Assembly: GCA_002304345.1 (NCBI GenBank)
Contig: NEUU01000005.1
Coordinates: 165,933 to 229,932, forward strand
Reading direction: 5' to 3'
Length of the DNA stretch: 64,000 bases
Source of the DNA: Verrucomicrobia bacterium Tous-C9LFEB
Lineage (GTDB): Bacteria; Verrucomicrobiota; Verrucomicrobiia; Methylacidiphilales; UBA1321
Shown here: piece after piece, positions 45,289 through 54,034 of the stretch
How positions within the stretch are numbered: position 1 is the stretch's first letter
Layout of the letters: each line of letters opens with the position of its first letter
The notes under the pieces: generated by a model
Databases searched by the model: none
Seen by the model: only the letters and a program-made list of their open reading frames with translations
What the model was told of the DNA's origin: nothing
Position numbers and translations under genes: made by a program

Positions 45289-45816
45289 ATGAAATTGGGA
45301 TTACACTTAGTTGCCGTTACTCTTTTATTGCTGCCCATGGCCGCCTGCGGTGATCCCCGCGCGCAGGAATGGAATTACTCCAATCTCGCCAATACCCCGG
45401 AGAATTGGGGCGGATTGAAAATCTCGGTGAACAACGAGGTGAAGACTCCCGACGGTCAGCCCTCGCTGGAGCTGGTGCCCGAATACAGCACCGAGGATCT
45501 CGAATGGCCGTCGCATCTGCGTTATCCCGCCCGCGCGGCGTTGGCCATCGGTGCGAAATCGGTGGAGGTCACGTTTTGGATCAAAGGCGATGTGGGTTCC
45601 CAGATCGCCATGCGCGTGACCAGCGCGAACGCAAGTCACTACACCGTCACGAAATCGTACGACCTGACTGGCGCGTGGCAGAAGATCGAATTCAAGGAAG
45701 TGATCAACGGCCAGGTGAGCGGTAAATGGCTCAGCGCCCCGCGCTTGCTCCTGTCCAAAGCCAAGGGCGGACAGCATTTTTTCATTGGTCCGGTCTCATT
45801 CAAGGCGATCGAATAA
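45289..45816 (+). CDS. Secreted/lipoprotein-like beta-sandwich protein (hypothetical)
   Basis: Signal peptide MKLGLHLVAVTLLLLPMAAC (possible lipobox). ~175 aa, predicted beta-rich. No recognised motif. Confidence 0.45.
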   Translation: MKLGLHLVAVTLLLLPMAACGDPRAQEWNYSNLANTPENWGGLKISVNNEVKTPDGQPSLELVPEYSTEDLEWPSHLRYPARAALAIGAKSVEVTFWIKGDVGSQIAMRVTSANASHYTVTKSYDLTGAWQKIEFKEVINGQVSGKWLSAPRLLLSKAKGGQHFFIGPVSFKAIE

Positions 45817-45865
45817 ATACACCTGCGGCGATCCAGCTTAAAGTAACATTCTATGCCCTCTGTTG

Positions 45866-45996
45866 ACACACCCCGGCGCTTTGCGCCACCCCTCTTATTA
45901 GAGGGGACTCCTGCTTGCCCGCTCTTGGGTAACGATGAGTTGCGACAGGAGAAGTCCCCTCTAATAAGAGGGGTGGCGCAAAGCGCCGGGGTGTGT
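45866..45996. mobile_element. MITE-like element, family B (perfect ~45-bp TIR with nested palindromes)
   Basis: ACACACCCCGGCGCTTTGCGCCACCCCTCTTATTAGAGGGGACT ... AGTCCCCTCTAATAAGAGGGGTGGCGCAAAGCGCCGGGGTGTGT. The track ORF 45853..46071 is an artefact of this element. Confidence 0.8.
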
Positions 45997-46040
45997 GTTT
46001 TGTTCTTCAATCTTCTGATTACAAACGAAAGGAATACCCT

Positions 46041-46496
46041 ATGCGTCACTTCATTCTCGCAGCTCTGCTGATCGGCCTGCTCCCGGGAGCGGTCCAAGCG
46101 GAGGAAATCGCCGCTCGCAACGGCGCTCAGGCGACCACCACCAACGGTGAGATCGTCATCACCTTTGCCTCGAAAAAAGGCGAGTGGCCGCCCGCCGTGG
46201 GCATCCCGGAAAAGTCGTCCGTAGTCGCGGGAAAAAAGATCACGCTTACCTTTGAGGTCAAGGCCACGGAGGCGATGCCCGCTCGCATTGTAGTTTCCGA
46301 ATTTGCCCCGCCTTACACGCATCTGGCCGGGGCGGAGTCCATCAAGCTCGGCACTTCGTGGCAGCCCGTTTCGCTGACCTTTACGGTGGCCGCCACGACG
46401 GTGGAGAATGTCAACCTGCCGTTGATCGTCTTTGAAAGCTCTCCCACCAGCGGTGAAGTGCGCGTGCGCAACATCAAGGCCAGCCCGGCGCAGTAA
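46041..46496 (+). CDS. Small secreted beta-sandwich (CBM-like) protein; stand-alone paralog of the N-terminal domain of the downstream glycoside hydrolase
   Basis: Signal peptide. EEIAARNGAQATTTNGEIVITFASKKGEWPPAVGIPEK... is ~65% identical to residues 1-150 of the 46537 ORF. Ends LPLIVFESSPTSGEVRVRNIKASP. Confidence 0.6.
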   Translation: MRHFILAALLIGLLPGAVQAEEIAARNGAQATTTNGEIVITFASKKGEWPPAVGIPEKSSVVAGKKITLTFEVKATEAMPARIVVSEFAPPYTHLAGAESIKLGTSWQPVSLTFTVAATTVENVNLPLIVFESSPTSGEVRVRNIKASPAQ

Positions 46497-46536
46497 GTCA
46501 TTTTTTAAATCGTTTACTCCAGAAAGATCCTCCCTC

Positions 46537-49227
46537 ATGCGTTTCCTCATTGTCTCCGTTCTCACTCTCGGTTTGCTGACCGGGACTGTCACTGCCCAGG
46601 AAGTCGCCGCCCGCAACGGCGCGAAGGCCGACGTCACCAATGGTGAAGTCGTGGTCCGTTTTGCCGAAAAGAAAGGGGAATGGCCGCCCGCCGTGGGCAT
46701 CGCCGGAAAGCCGGAGGGCGTTGCTGGCAAATCGATCGTGCTGGAATTCGAAGCCAAGAGCGCGGCATCGCTTCCCGTGCGCGCGGTTATCTCCGACTTT
46801 GCGCCGCCTTACAGTCACCTCTCGCCTGCGCAAACGATCAATCTCGGCACGGCGTGGCAAGCCTACTCGCTCACCTTTGCGGTGAGTGCGACGAGCGCGG
46901 CGAAGATCAATCTGCCGCTACTCGTGTTCGAAAGCTCCCCCACCAGCGGCGAAGTGCGATTCCGTAATATCAAGACCTCTGCGCCGGTGGCGGCCCCGGC
47001 CGCTCCGGCGGTGGAGCGGAAGTGGAAGGCCATCGATACGACCAATCTCTTTATCAAGCCCGGCAGCGCGCTGGACTTCGCGCCCTTCTTCGATCAAGCC
47101 GTGGCGGGTGCGTACGGTCGTCTGACGGTGAACAAGAACGGCGAGTTTGCTTTCGCCTCCAAGCCCGACGCGCCGGTGCGTTTCTTCTCGGTGCAGCTCA
47201 TGCCGCCGCCGGATTTCACTCTGTGGACCGATGAGGATGTGGCGCAGTACGCGGCGGCCATCACGCGCCAGGGCTACAATCTCGTGCGCTTCCACTTCTT
47301 CGATAATTTGATCAACGGCAATTTCCGCGCCGCCCCGCTGAAGGCGAACCTGCCGAGCATGGAGCGCTACACCCTGCCGGAGAAGCCGGAGGAAATTCAA
47401 TTCGATGTCCGCGCCCTCGATCGCTTTCATCTCCTGTTGGCGGAACTCAAGAAACGCGGCGTGTACTGGAATCTCGATTTCATGACATCGTTTGTCGGTT
47501 ACTCCAACGGCAAGCTGCAGTCCGCGCCCAAGCAGGGCGGTTTCAACACCAAGGCGCAGATGTATGTGAATCCGAATTTCCGCGCCAACTGGAAAGCGGC
47601 GGTCACACGGTTGCTCAACGATGTGAATCCCTACACCAAGCAGTCGATCAAGAATGATCCCGCCTTGGCGTTGACCACCTGCCTGAACGAACCGGAAATC
47701 CTGTTCGAGCAGCGCAATTACGGTCACGAATTCGACGGACCGTGGCATGCTTTCCTCACGAAGAAATACGGCGATTACAAGAAAATGCGCGAAGCGTGGG
47801 AGGGCAAATGCGGTACCACGGTGTTGCCGGAAAATGGCACCTTTGCCGACGTGCCGCCCATCGGTGCACCGACGGTGCTGACCGATACTCCGGCCGGTCG
47901 CGACATGGCGCAGTGCTGTGGTGGCATGGAATATGAAATGGCGCAGTGGTATCTCGCCACGTTGCGCGAACTCAACTTCCCCGGTCTCGTCTCGAACTAC
48001 AACATGCGCACGCGCATTGGCACCGTTCCGGCTCGTTCGCTTTATCCGGTGATCACGATGAACGGTTACCACGCGCATCCGCAGTTCGGCGAGAGAACCA
48101 CGGTGAGCCAGAACAGCTCCTTGGCCGGAGGCGGAGACAGTTTCAAGAGTCAGGCTTTGGCCCGCTTCCTGGATCGCCCGTTTGCGAATACGGAATTCGG
48201 CATCGTCTTCTGGAATCCCTATCGCCACGAACAGGGCATGCTCTACGGAGTGGGCGGCGCGTTGCAAAACTGGAGTGCGCTGACCTGTCACGCCGAGCAG
48301 GTGGTGGATGCGGGTGCCACGTTGCGTTACTTCAACGCCGGGGACGATCCCGTCATTCGCGCTTCTGAAACCATTGAAGCGCTGGCCTTCCGACGTGGTG
48401 ACATCGCTTCGTCGCCGCACACCATCGAAATTCCGCTCACGGATGAATTCATCTATGGCGGTCGTGCGATGAAGGCGTTGGATGACGAACTTTCCCGTCT
48501 GTGGGTGTTGTGCCGCGTGGGCATTACCTACGGCACGAAGAAGGTGGATTATCCCAAGGTCTTCGCCGTGTCGCCGGACAAGATGGCGGCCATCGGTGGC
48601 AGTATCTGGTTTTCCGAAGTGGCCAAGTCCACCTCCACGACGCAGCTTTCCGCCATTGTCGCGAAGCTCAAGGAAATGAAAGCGCTGCCCGCGGACAATG
48701 AAAGCAATCCCGCGCAAGGCGTGCTCCAGAGCGATACCGGCGAGGTGACGCTGAATACGAAATCGGGCGGCGAAATGTTTGTGCACGCCCCGCGCTTCGA
48801 AGGCGCGGTGGTGAAGAGTGACAAGAAGGTGAAGCTCGATGCGCTGACGATTGACCAGAGCACCGTTCCGGCCTCGATCACGATGACATCGCTTGATTTG
48901 AAGAAGACCCTGCGCGATGCGAATCGACTGCTGCTCGTGTTCTCGACCGATGCGCGCAATACGAACATGACCTTCACCGACGCCAAGGAAGACAAGGTGA
49001 TCAGTCTCGGCACGTTGCCCGTTCTGGCGCGCACGGGCGAACTCAAGGTAACGCTCACGCGCGCTGCTGCGCCGAAGAAGGTGACCGTCTACGCGCTCAA
49101 GCTCAATGGCGAACGCGCCGACGAAGTACCCGCCACCATCTCGGGTAACACGATCGCGCTTGCCATCGACACAGAGAAATTGCCCAAGGCCGGTCCCACG
49201 CCGTTTTTTGAGCTCGTAGTGGAGTAA
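46537..49227 (+). CDS. Secreted glycoside hydrolase (clan GH-A TIM-barrel-like) with an N-terminal CBM-like beta-sandwich domain
   Basis: Signal peptide plus N-terminal domain paralogous to 46041..46496. TCLNEPEILF (NEP acid/base motif) and a later NTEFGIVFWN (candidate nucleophile Glu) are consistent with a GH-A retaining hydrolase. Family unassigned. Confidence 0.65.
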   Translation: MRFLIVSVLTLGLLTGTVTAQEVAARNGAKADVTNGEVVVRFAEKKGEWPPAVGIAGKPEGVAGKSIVLEFEAKSAASLPVRAVISDFAPPYSHLSPAQTINLGTAWQAYSLTFAVSATSAAKINLPLLVFESSPTSGEVRFRNIKTSAPVAAPAAPAVERKWKAIDTTNLFIKPGSALDFAPFFDQAVAGAYGRLTVNKNGEFAFASKPDAPVRFFSVQLMPPPDFTLWTDEDVAQYAAAITRQGYNLVRFHFFDNLINGNFRAAPLKANLPSMERYTLPEKPEEIQFDVRALDRFHLLLAELKKRGVYWNLDFMTSFVGYSNGKLQSAPKQGGFNTKAQMYVNPNFRANWKAAVTRLLNDVNPYTKQSIKNDPALALTTCLNEPEILFEQRNYGHEFDGPWHAFLTKKYGDYKKMREAWEGKCGTTVLPENGTFADVPPIGAPTVLTDTPAGRDMAQCCGGMEYEMAQWYLATLRELNFPGLVSNYNMRTRIGTVPARSLYPVITMNGYHAHPQFGERTTVSQNSSLAGGGDSFKSQALARFLDRPFANTEFGIVFWNPYRHEQGMLYGVGGALQNWSALTCHAEQVVDAGATLRYFNAGDDPVIRASETIEALAFRRGDIASSPHTIEIPLTDEFIYGGRAMKALDDELSRLWVLCRVGITYGTKKVDYPKVFAVSPDKMAAIGGSIWFSEVAKSTSTTQLSAIVAKLKEMKALPADNESNPAQGVLQSDTGEVTLNTKSGGEMFVHAPRFEGAVVKSDKKVKLDALTIDQSTVPASITMTSLDLKKTLRDANRLLLVFSTDARNTNMTFTDAKEDKVISLGTLPVLARTGELKVTLTRAAAPKKVTVYALKLNGERADEVPATISGNTIALAIDTEKLPKAGPTPFFELVVE

Positions 49228-49238
49228 GTTGTAAAAAA

Positions 49239-49265
49239 GGAAGTCCGCATAATCTGCGGACTTCC
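49239..49265. terminator. Perfect 11-bp hairpin after the glycoside hydrolase gene
   Basis: AAAAAA-GGAAGTCCGCA-taatc-TGCGGACTTCC. The U-tract would lie on the minus strand, so this may act bidirectionally or by a hairpin-only mechanism. Confidence 0.45.
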
Positions 49266-49323
49266 CCTGTCTTGGAAATTGGCATTTGGCAATGGCTGGA
49301 TGATAAGCTAGGGTCACCGTGCC

Positions 49324-49710
49324 ATGAAAATGTCTACTGTCTCCATTGTCTTCGCCCTGCTCTTTATCGCGCTCGGATTGTTTGGATTCGTCAGCTACCA
49401 AGCCCAAACGGCGCTGATCCCTGCCTACATCGGCGCGGTCCTGCTGATCTGCGGGCTCATGGCGACCAAGGACGAATGGCGCATGCACGCCATGCACGGC
49501 GCGGTGCTCATCGGCATCATCGGATTTCTCGGCTCGGTTTCGGGCTTGTTGAAATTGCCGAAGCTCCTGGCGGGCGAAGTGCTCGAGCGGCCCCACGCCG
49601 TGACGCTCCAATCGATCATGGCGGTTCTCTGCCTGATCTTCGTCGGTCTCTGCGTGAAGTCGTTCATCGACGTCCGCATCGCTCGCCGCAAAGCCGCGGG
49701 CCAGAGCTAA
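49324..49710 (+). CDS. Small integral membrane protein (hypothetical, ~4 TM)
   Basis: 128 aa, four hydrophobic helices. No recognised motif. Confidence 0.45.
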   Translation: MKMSTVSIVFALLFIALGLFGFVSYQAQTALIPAYIGAVLLICGLMATKDEWRMHAMHGAVLIGIIGFLGSVSGLLKLPKLLAGEVLERPHAVTLQSIMAVLCLIFVGLCVKSFIDVRIARRKAAGQS

Positions 49711-49723
49711 TCTTTTCCGGCCT

Positions 49724-50536
49724 ATGAAAACGTGGCTGCTGGGCGCGGCGTTTTTGGTGTTATTAAACGGGGCACTCTTTGCGGAAGCTCCCGCGACGCG
49801 GAATTGTCGTTTGCTCATGGACCCCGCGAGCGGCGAGATCCTCTTGCGCGAAGGACCGTGCGATGTTCGCCGCAGTCCCTGCTCCACGTTCAAGGTGCCG
49901 CTGGCCTTGATGGGATTTGATGCGGGTGTGCTGAAAGACGCGCACCATCCCGAGTGGGATTATCTTCCCGAATATCCCTCCAACCGGCCGGAAGAACAAA
50001 TCCGCATCAATCCCACCTCGTGGGAGGCGATCTCCGTGGTGTGGTATTCCCAGAAGTTGACCCGCGCCTTGGGCATGAAAACCTTCCAGAAATACGTCGA
50101 TCAATTCCAGTACGGAAACCGCGATCTGTCCGGCGCTCCGGGCCAGAACAACGGATTGACGAACGCATGGCTGCAGACCTCGCTGTTGATCTCGCCGGAC
50201 GAACAAGCCGTTTTTGTGCGCAAGCTGCTCCAGCGAAAACTGGGAGTTTCCAGTCATGCCTATGAAATGACTGAAGCGGTTCTGCCCCAATTTCCCGCCG
50301 AAGACGGGTGGACATTGACGGGCAAAACCGGAACCGGTTTTCAGGAAAAAGCCGATGGCACCCCCGACCGCAAAAAACAACTCGGCTGGTTCATCGGTTG
50401 GGCGACCAAAGGAGATCGGCGCGTCCTCTTCGTCGAATTCATCATGGACGAAACTCCGCAGGAAACCTACGCCGGCCCTCGTGCTCGCGCTGCCCTGATC
50501 AAGGCGCTGCCCGGCCTTCTGGCGAAGAAGCGCTAA
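49724..50536 (+). CDS. Class D (OXA-type) beta-lactamase
   Basis: Signal peptide. S-T-F-K active-site tetrad (CSTFKVPLAL), YGN motif (QFQYGNRD), KTG motif (LTGKTGTG) and the W-x-x-G region. Confidence 0.85.
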   Translation: MKTWLLGAAFLVLLNGALFAEAPATRNCRLLMDPASGEILLREGPCDVRRSPCSTFKVPLALMGFDAGVLKDAHHPEWDYLPEYPSNRPEEQIRINPTSWEAISVVWYSQKLTRALGMKTFQKYVDQFQYGNRDLSGAPGQNNGLTNAWLQTSLLISPDEQAVFVRKLLQRKLGVSSHAYEMTEAVLPQFPAEDGWTLTGKTGTGFQEKADGTPDRKKQLGWFIGWATKGDRRVLFVEFIMDETPQETYAGPRARAALIKALPGLLAKKR

Positions 50537-52070
50537 GCTTTTCTTCATTTGCCGTGGCCGAATCCTCATAGACGCGAGTTGCATCGGTCTGGGGAACGGC
50601 GGGTGGTTTTGAAGTGGGCTGGCACTCGCGAATTGCCTTGGCTGCGCGCCACTGCCATGATCGCCAGTTATCCAAAGTCTGGTCGTACACGAGCGCTTCA
50701 TGCAATGCCTTGGCCGCCCGGCTGGCATCGGGTTGATAATCGCTTTCCGCGACCTGCTTGAGAGAGGGCCACGCGGTGGGGCCGAGCTCGCGCAAATACT
50801 CGACGTCAAACGCGAGATAGCGATCGGAGCGGGGATGATTCCGCCACGCGGAGACGTTGTAAGCGGCCACCCATTGCGCGGTGTCGAAAAACTGGACCAC
50901 GTAAAACAAGATCAAGACCGCAGCCACGCCGCGCGTCAACAGCCACGTGAAGGAATGCCGTCGTTGCAGGTAGACCGCAAGCAACGCAAAGCCGCACGCG
51001 ACAAGAACGAGAAAGAGCGCCACGTTCACCCGTGCTTCACTGAGTTGATACGATTCCACATACAGCCGCAAGCGCCGCAGCACACCTATAAGCAGAAGGC
51101 CATTCTGCGCGATCCACGCATAGGAGAGGGCGCGCGTCCAACGAGTCACAGCGGCATCAGCTTGTTGATGAATCAGGATCAGCACGACCCCGGCAATCAC
51201 GGTGGAAGCAATCAGGCTCGCCACGCCTTGATGCACATATTCGCTCAAGGTGACATCCGGCGGCAGCACGGCTTGCTCCCAGAGGTAGATCGCGTCGATG
51301 CCGTTTGCGCCGAGATAGAGCAGATTCACCGCGAGCAGGACGGCATAGCCGCGCCAACGCGCCACCCACATTTTCGACGGCTCCGGAAAGCGACCGGGCT
51401 CGAACACCCACGGACGCGGTTTCTTCGAGGCGCGGGCTGGTCGCACCATGGCGAGAAAAAGGGTGGCCATAGTGGCCCAGAAAAGCAGGCGGCCGAAAGA
51501 AACCTGGCTCCAAAGCCAATCGAAGAACCGCTCCGGCAGATGGCCCATCCATTGACCGTAGATCGCGTTGCCACTGCCCAACAGAAGCGCGAAGACCACG
51601 GTGACCACGAGAGCGGGAGCGAAAATCATCGTTGCATGCCAGAGTCGTTGTGTGATGACGCCAGCGGTGTCGAGCGGATCGCGCAGCAATTCCGCGAGCA
51701 GCCACACCCAGCGAAACGGTGCCTTGACCAACGCCCACACCGCTTCGGTCCAACGCGACCAGCGACCCTGCAATTCCGGGCCGTACCATTCGCTGACGAG
51801 AAAGAGAATCAAGACGATCTCAACGATCACATTGGCCAAACCGATTTGCATCACCGACTGCGCCACCGCTCCCGCGAGCAACGTCCACGCGATCCACGGG
51901 CGACGTCTGCAGCCCTGCACCAGCCACAGTGTCGCGGCGAGTGCGGTCACAAAAATCGCCCACGATAGTCCTGGCCGATGATTCCAGAGCAGAAAATCCG
52001 CCAAGGCGGTGAGCCCCGACGTGGCAATCATCGCCACCACCAAACCCCGCCATTCCATCCATCGATTCAT
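50499..52070 (-). CDS. Polytopic membrane protein (hypothetical; DUF4153/DUF4173-like)
   Basis: 523 aa, ~12 predicted TM helices, Trp-rich. Overlaps the 3' end of the OXA gene convergently. The DUF label is a guess from composition only. Confidence 0.5.
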   Translation of the reverse strand: MNRWMEWRGLVVAMIATSGLTALADFLLWNHRPGLSWAIFVTALAATLWLVQGCRRRPWIAWTLLAGAVAQSVMQIGLANVIVEIVLILFLVSEWYGPELQGRWSRWTEAVWALVKAPFRWVWLLAELLRDPLDTAGVITQRLWHATMIFAPALVVTVVFALLLGSGNAIYGQWMGHLPERFFDWLWSQVSFGRLLFWATMATLFLAMVRPARASKKPRPWVFEPGRFPEPSKMWVARWRGYAVLLAVNLLYLGANGIDAIYLWEQAVLPPDVTLSEYVHQGVASLIASTVIAGVVLILIHQQADAAVTRWTRALSYAWIAQNGLLLIGVLRRLRLYVESYQLSEARVNVALFLVLVACGFALLAVYLQRRHSFTWLLTRGVAAVLILFYVVQFFDTAQWVAAYNVSAWRNHPRSDRYLAFDVEYLRELGPTAWPSLKQVAESDYQPDASRAAKALHEALVYDQTLDNWRSWQWRAAKAIRECQPTSKPPAVPQTDATRVYEDSATANEEKLSASSPEGRAAP

Positions 52071-52088
52071 ATTTGTTCCTTTCCGAAA

Positions 52089-52955
52089 TCAAGCGGCCAA
52101 GCGAGTGTGAGCGCTGAGTTGCATCAGAGCTTGTTCCACCGCATCGATGACGGCATCGGGCGTTGACGTACCCGCGGTCAGGCCGACGCGCGCGACGTTA
52201 ATCAACCACTCGGCGTGCAGATCGTGAGGGCCTTCCACCGAGTAGGCGCGCACGCCGTACGATTGCGCGGCGAGGACGAGCTGCCGCGTGTTGTTGCTCT
52301 CGCGGCCTCCGACCACGATGACGGCTTCCACCTCAGCGCAGAGTTCGCGCAGGGCGTTCTGCCGGTCTTTCGTGGGCTGGCAAACCGTGTCGGCAAAAAA
52401 GAGCGCTTGCGTGGGGCGCAGTAAGCGGATGCACAAGACCAGATCGCGTACGCGCTCGATCGGCTGCGTGGTTTGGGAGACGACGCCGAGCCCGCGCTCC
52501 GGGGGCAATTTGGCGATATCGGATTCCGTTTCGATCACGGTTGCCTCGCGATAATCGCCCGTAAGGCCGAGCACTTCCACGTGACCCGCCTTGCCGATCA
52601 CCACGGGATGCAAACCCATTGCGACGAATTCCCGCAGCCGATGATGCGCTTTCTGAACAAGAGGACAGGTCGTGTCATGCAGCGTGGCACCGGTTTGCGA
52701 CCACACTTCGCGTTGTGCGTCGGAGATACCATGCGCGGTGATGACGTAGTGCGTGCCGGGTTCCACGCGCACCGTGTTGATATTCTCCGCGACGTCGACA
52801 CCTTGCTCACGGAGCGATTGCAGGACATCCGGGTTGTGGACCAATTGACCCAGCACCGTGACTGGCCCCGATTGCGCGGCGACTTGACCCGCGAGCGCAA
52901 TCGCGTCGCGCACGCCGAAACACATTCCGTAGACTCTGGCTCGCTTGATGATCAT
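52089..52955 (-). CDS. ispH: 4-hydroxy-3-methylbut-2-enyl diphosphate reductase
   Basis: 288 aa. N-terminal ...GMCFGVRDAI (FeS-ligand Cys) and conserved IspH/LytB motifs. Confidence 0.9.
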   Translation of the reverse strand: MIIKRARVYGMCFGVRDAIALAGQVAAQSGPVTVLGQLVHNPDVLQSLREQGVDVAENINTVRVEPGTHYVITAHGISDAQREVWSQTGATLHDTTCPLVQKAHHRLREFVAMGLHPVVIGKAGHVEVLGLTGDYREATVIETESDIAKLPPERGLGVVSQTTQPIERVRDLVLCIRLLRPTQALFFADTVCQPTKDRQNALRELCAEVEAVIVVGGRESNNTRQLVLAAQSYGVRAYSVEGPHDLHAEWLINVARVGLTAGTSTPDAVIDAVEQALMQLSAHTRLAA

Positions 52956-53017
52956 GAATGATTCCTTTGTTATTTTGGATTATTACTTTGTATGGCAAAG
53001 TGATTGGCTAAATTTTT

Positions 53018-53314
53018 TTAGCTCCGGCTCGTCTTGATGATTTCCTCCAGCAGCTTCAAATAGACCTGAAACGCCTGCCGTCCCTTGGTGGTCAGGGCAT
53101 AGCGGGTCTGAGGGCGATCCAGCATTTCCTTGGTGAAGGAGACGTATCCGGCCTGGTGCAGCGTGCGCAGGTGGGTGATCAGATTGCCGTCGCTCATGTT
53201 GAGCTGCGCCTTGAGTTCTTGAAACGGCCACTCGGCCCGCGAGGCGAGGAGCGTCATGATGGACAGACGCCCCTTTTCGTGGATCAGCTTGTCGAGTTTG
53301 TCGAAATCGAGCAT
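53018..53314 (-). CDS. Winged-helix transcriptional regulator (small, ~99 aa)
   Basis: MLDFDKLDKLIHEKGRLSIMTLLASRAEWPFQELKAQLNMSDGNLITHLRTLHQAGYV... resembles a wHTH recognition helix/wing. The longer track ORF (to 53830) overlaps the upstream gene and is trimmed to this Met. Confidence 0.55.
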   Translation of the reverse strand: MLDFDKLDKLIHEKGRLSIMTLLASRAEWPFQELKAQLNMSDGNLITHLRTLHQAGYVSFTKEMLDRPQTRYALTTKGRQAFQVYLKLLEEIIKTSRS

Positions 53315-53331
53315 GGAGTCCTGGGTAGAGA

Positions 53332-53979
53332 CTAAGCCGCCGCTTCGGTTTCGCGTCCGGCTTTCACGGCGCGCAAGGTGGTGACGCCGTAAATCACGTG
53401 CAGCACGCCGAAGGAAAGGCCCATCGCGGCGGAGCCAAAGAACAGGGGATTCGCGCAGGGGCGGCACAGTGACCAGAGGAGACCGGTCAGGACGCCAAGG
53501 ATGACAAACGCGCGGCCGAGCCATTGAATCGACGCCGGGGCGAATTCTTGAGTGCTCAGCAGGGCGAGACCGTAAAACAGCATCCACAACGTTACCAGCA
53601 CGGGAATCGGCGGAAGCATGGCGGTGAGCGCGACACCCGCAAGGAGCGGAGGGATGATGCCGCGGAGGGCGAGCTTCATGCCGGGCGAGACGAAGGGTTC
53701 GCTGCGGAGCCACGCTTGTTTGTGGAGTACGATGGCATTGACCACGCTGACAAAGATGCAAACGATGATCCACGAGGCGACGAAGTTGAGGTCCGAACTG
53801 CCTTGACCACACGCGGTGAAGATTCCCCAAGCGCTCAGGGCGATGGCCAGAACGCCGCCGAGGATGGCGGTGTTGGCCGAGACGGCGCGGTAAATCGTGG
53901 CGCGCTCCATCAGCGAGCGGATGGTTTTCAGTGTCGTTTCAGCTTCGTTGGCAGTGACCATAGTGGCTTTGTATAGCAA
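53332..53979 (-). CDS. Membrane protein (hypothetical, ~6 TM), probably co-transcribed with the wHTH regulator
   Basis: Six hydrophobic helices. Ends 18 bp upstream of the regulator gene. Confidence 0.45.
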   Translation of the reverse strand: MLYKATMVTANEAETTLKTIRSLMERATIYRAVSANTAILGGVLAIALSAWGIFTACGQGSSDLNFVASWIIVCIFVSVVNAIVLHKQAWLRSEPFVSPGMKLALRGIIPPLLAGVALTAMLPPIPVLVTLWMLFYGLALLSTQEFAPASIQWLGRAFVILGVLTGLLWSLCRPCANPLFFGSAAMGLSFGVLHVIYGVTTLRAVKAGRETEAAA

Positions 53980-54034
53980 AGCAATCGGTACGCAAGCGAA
54001 ATCTTTTGAGTGCGAAAGAAATAAAACTCGTCCG

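Noticed and set aside
45853-46071. 72-aa ORF (MPSVDTPRRFAPPLLLEGTPACPLLG...) and the MARSAGVC N-terminal extension of the DUF58 gene.
   Set aside because: Both are encoded entirely by family B MITE arms. They are artefacts of translating a palindromic repeat.
53018-53830. 270-aa ORF as listed in the track for the wHTH regulator.
   Set aside because: Only the C-terminal ~99 aa resemble a DNA-binding protein. The N-terminal 170 aa are Arg/Pro-rich and overlap the upstream membrane-protein gene in another frame. Trimmed to the Met at 53314.
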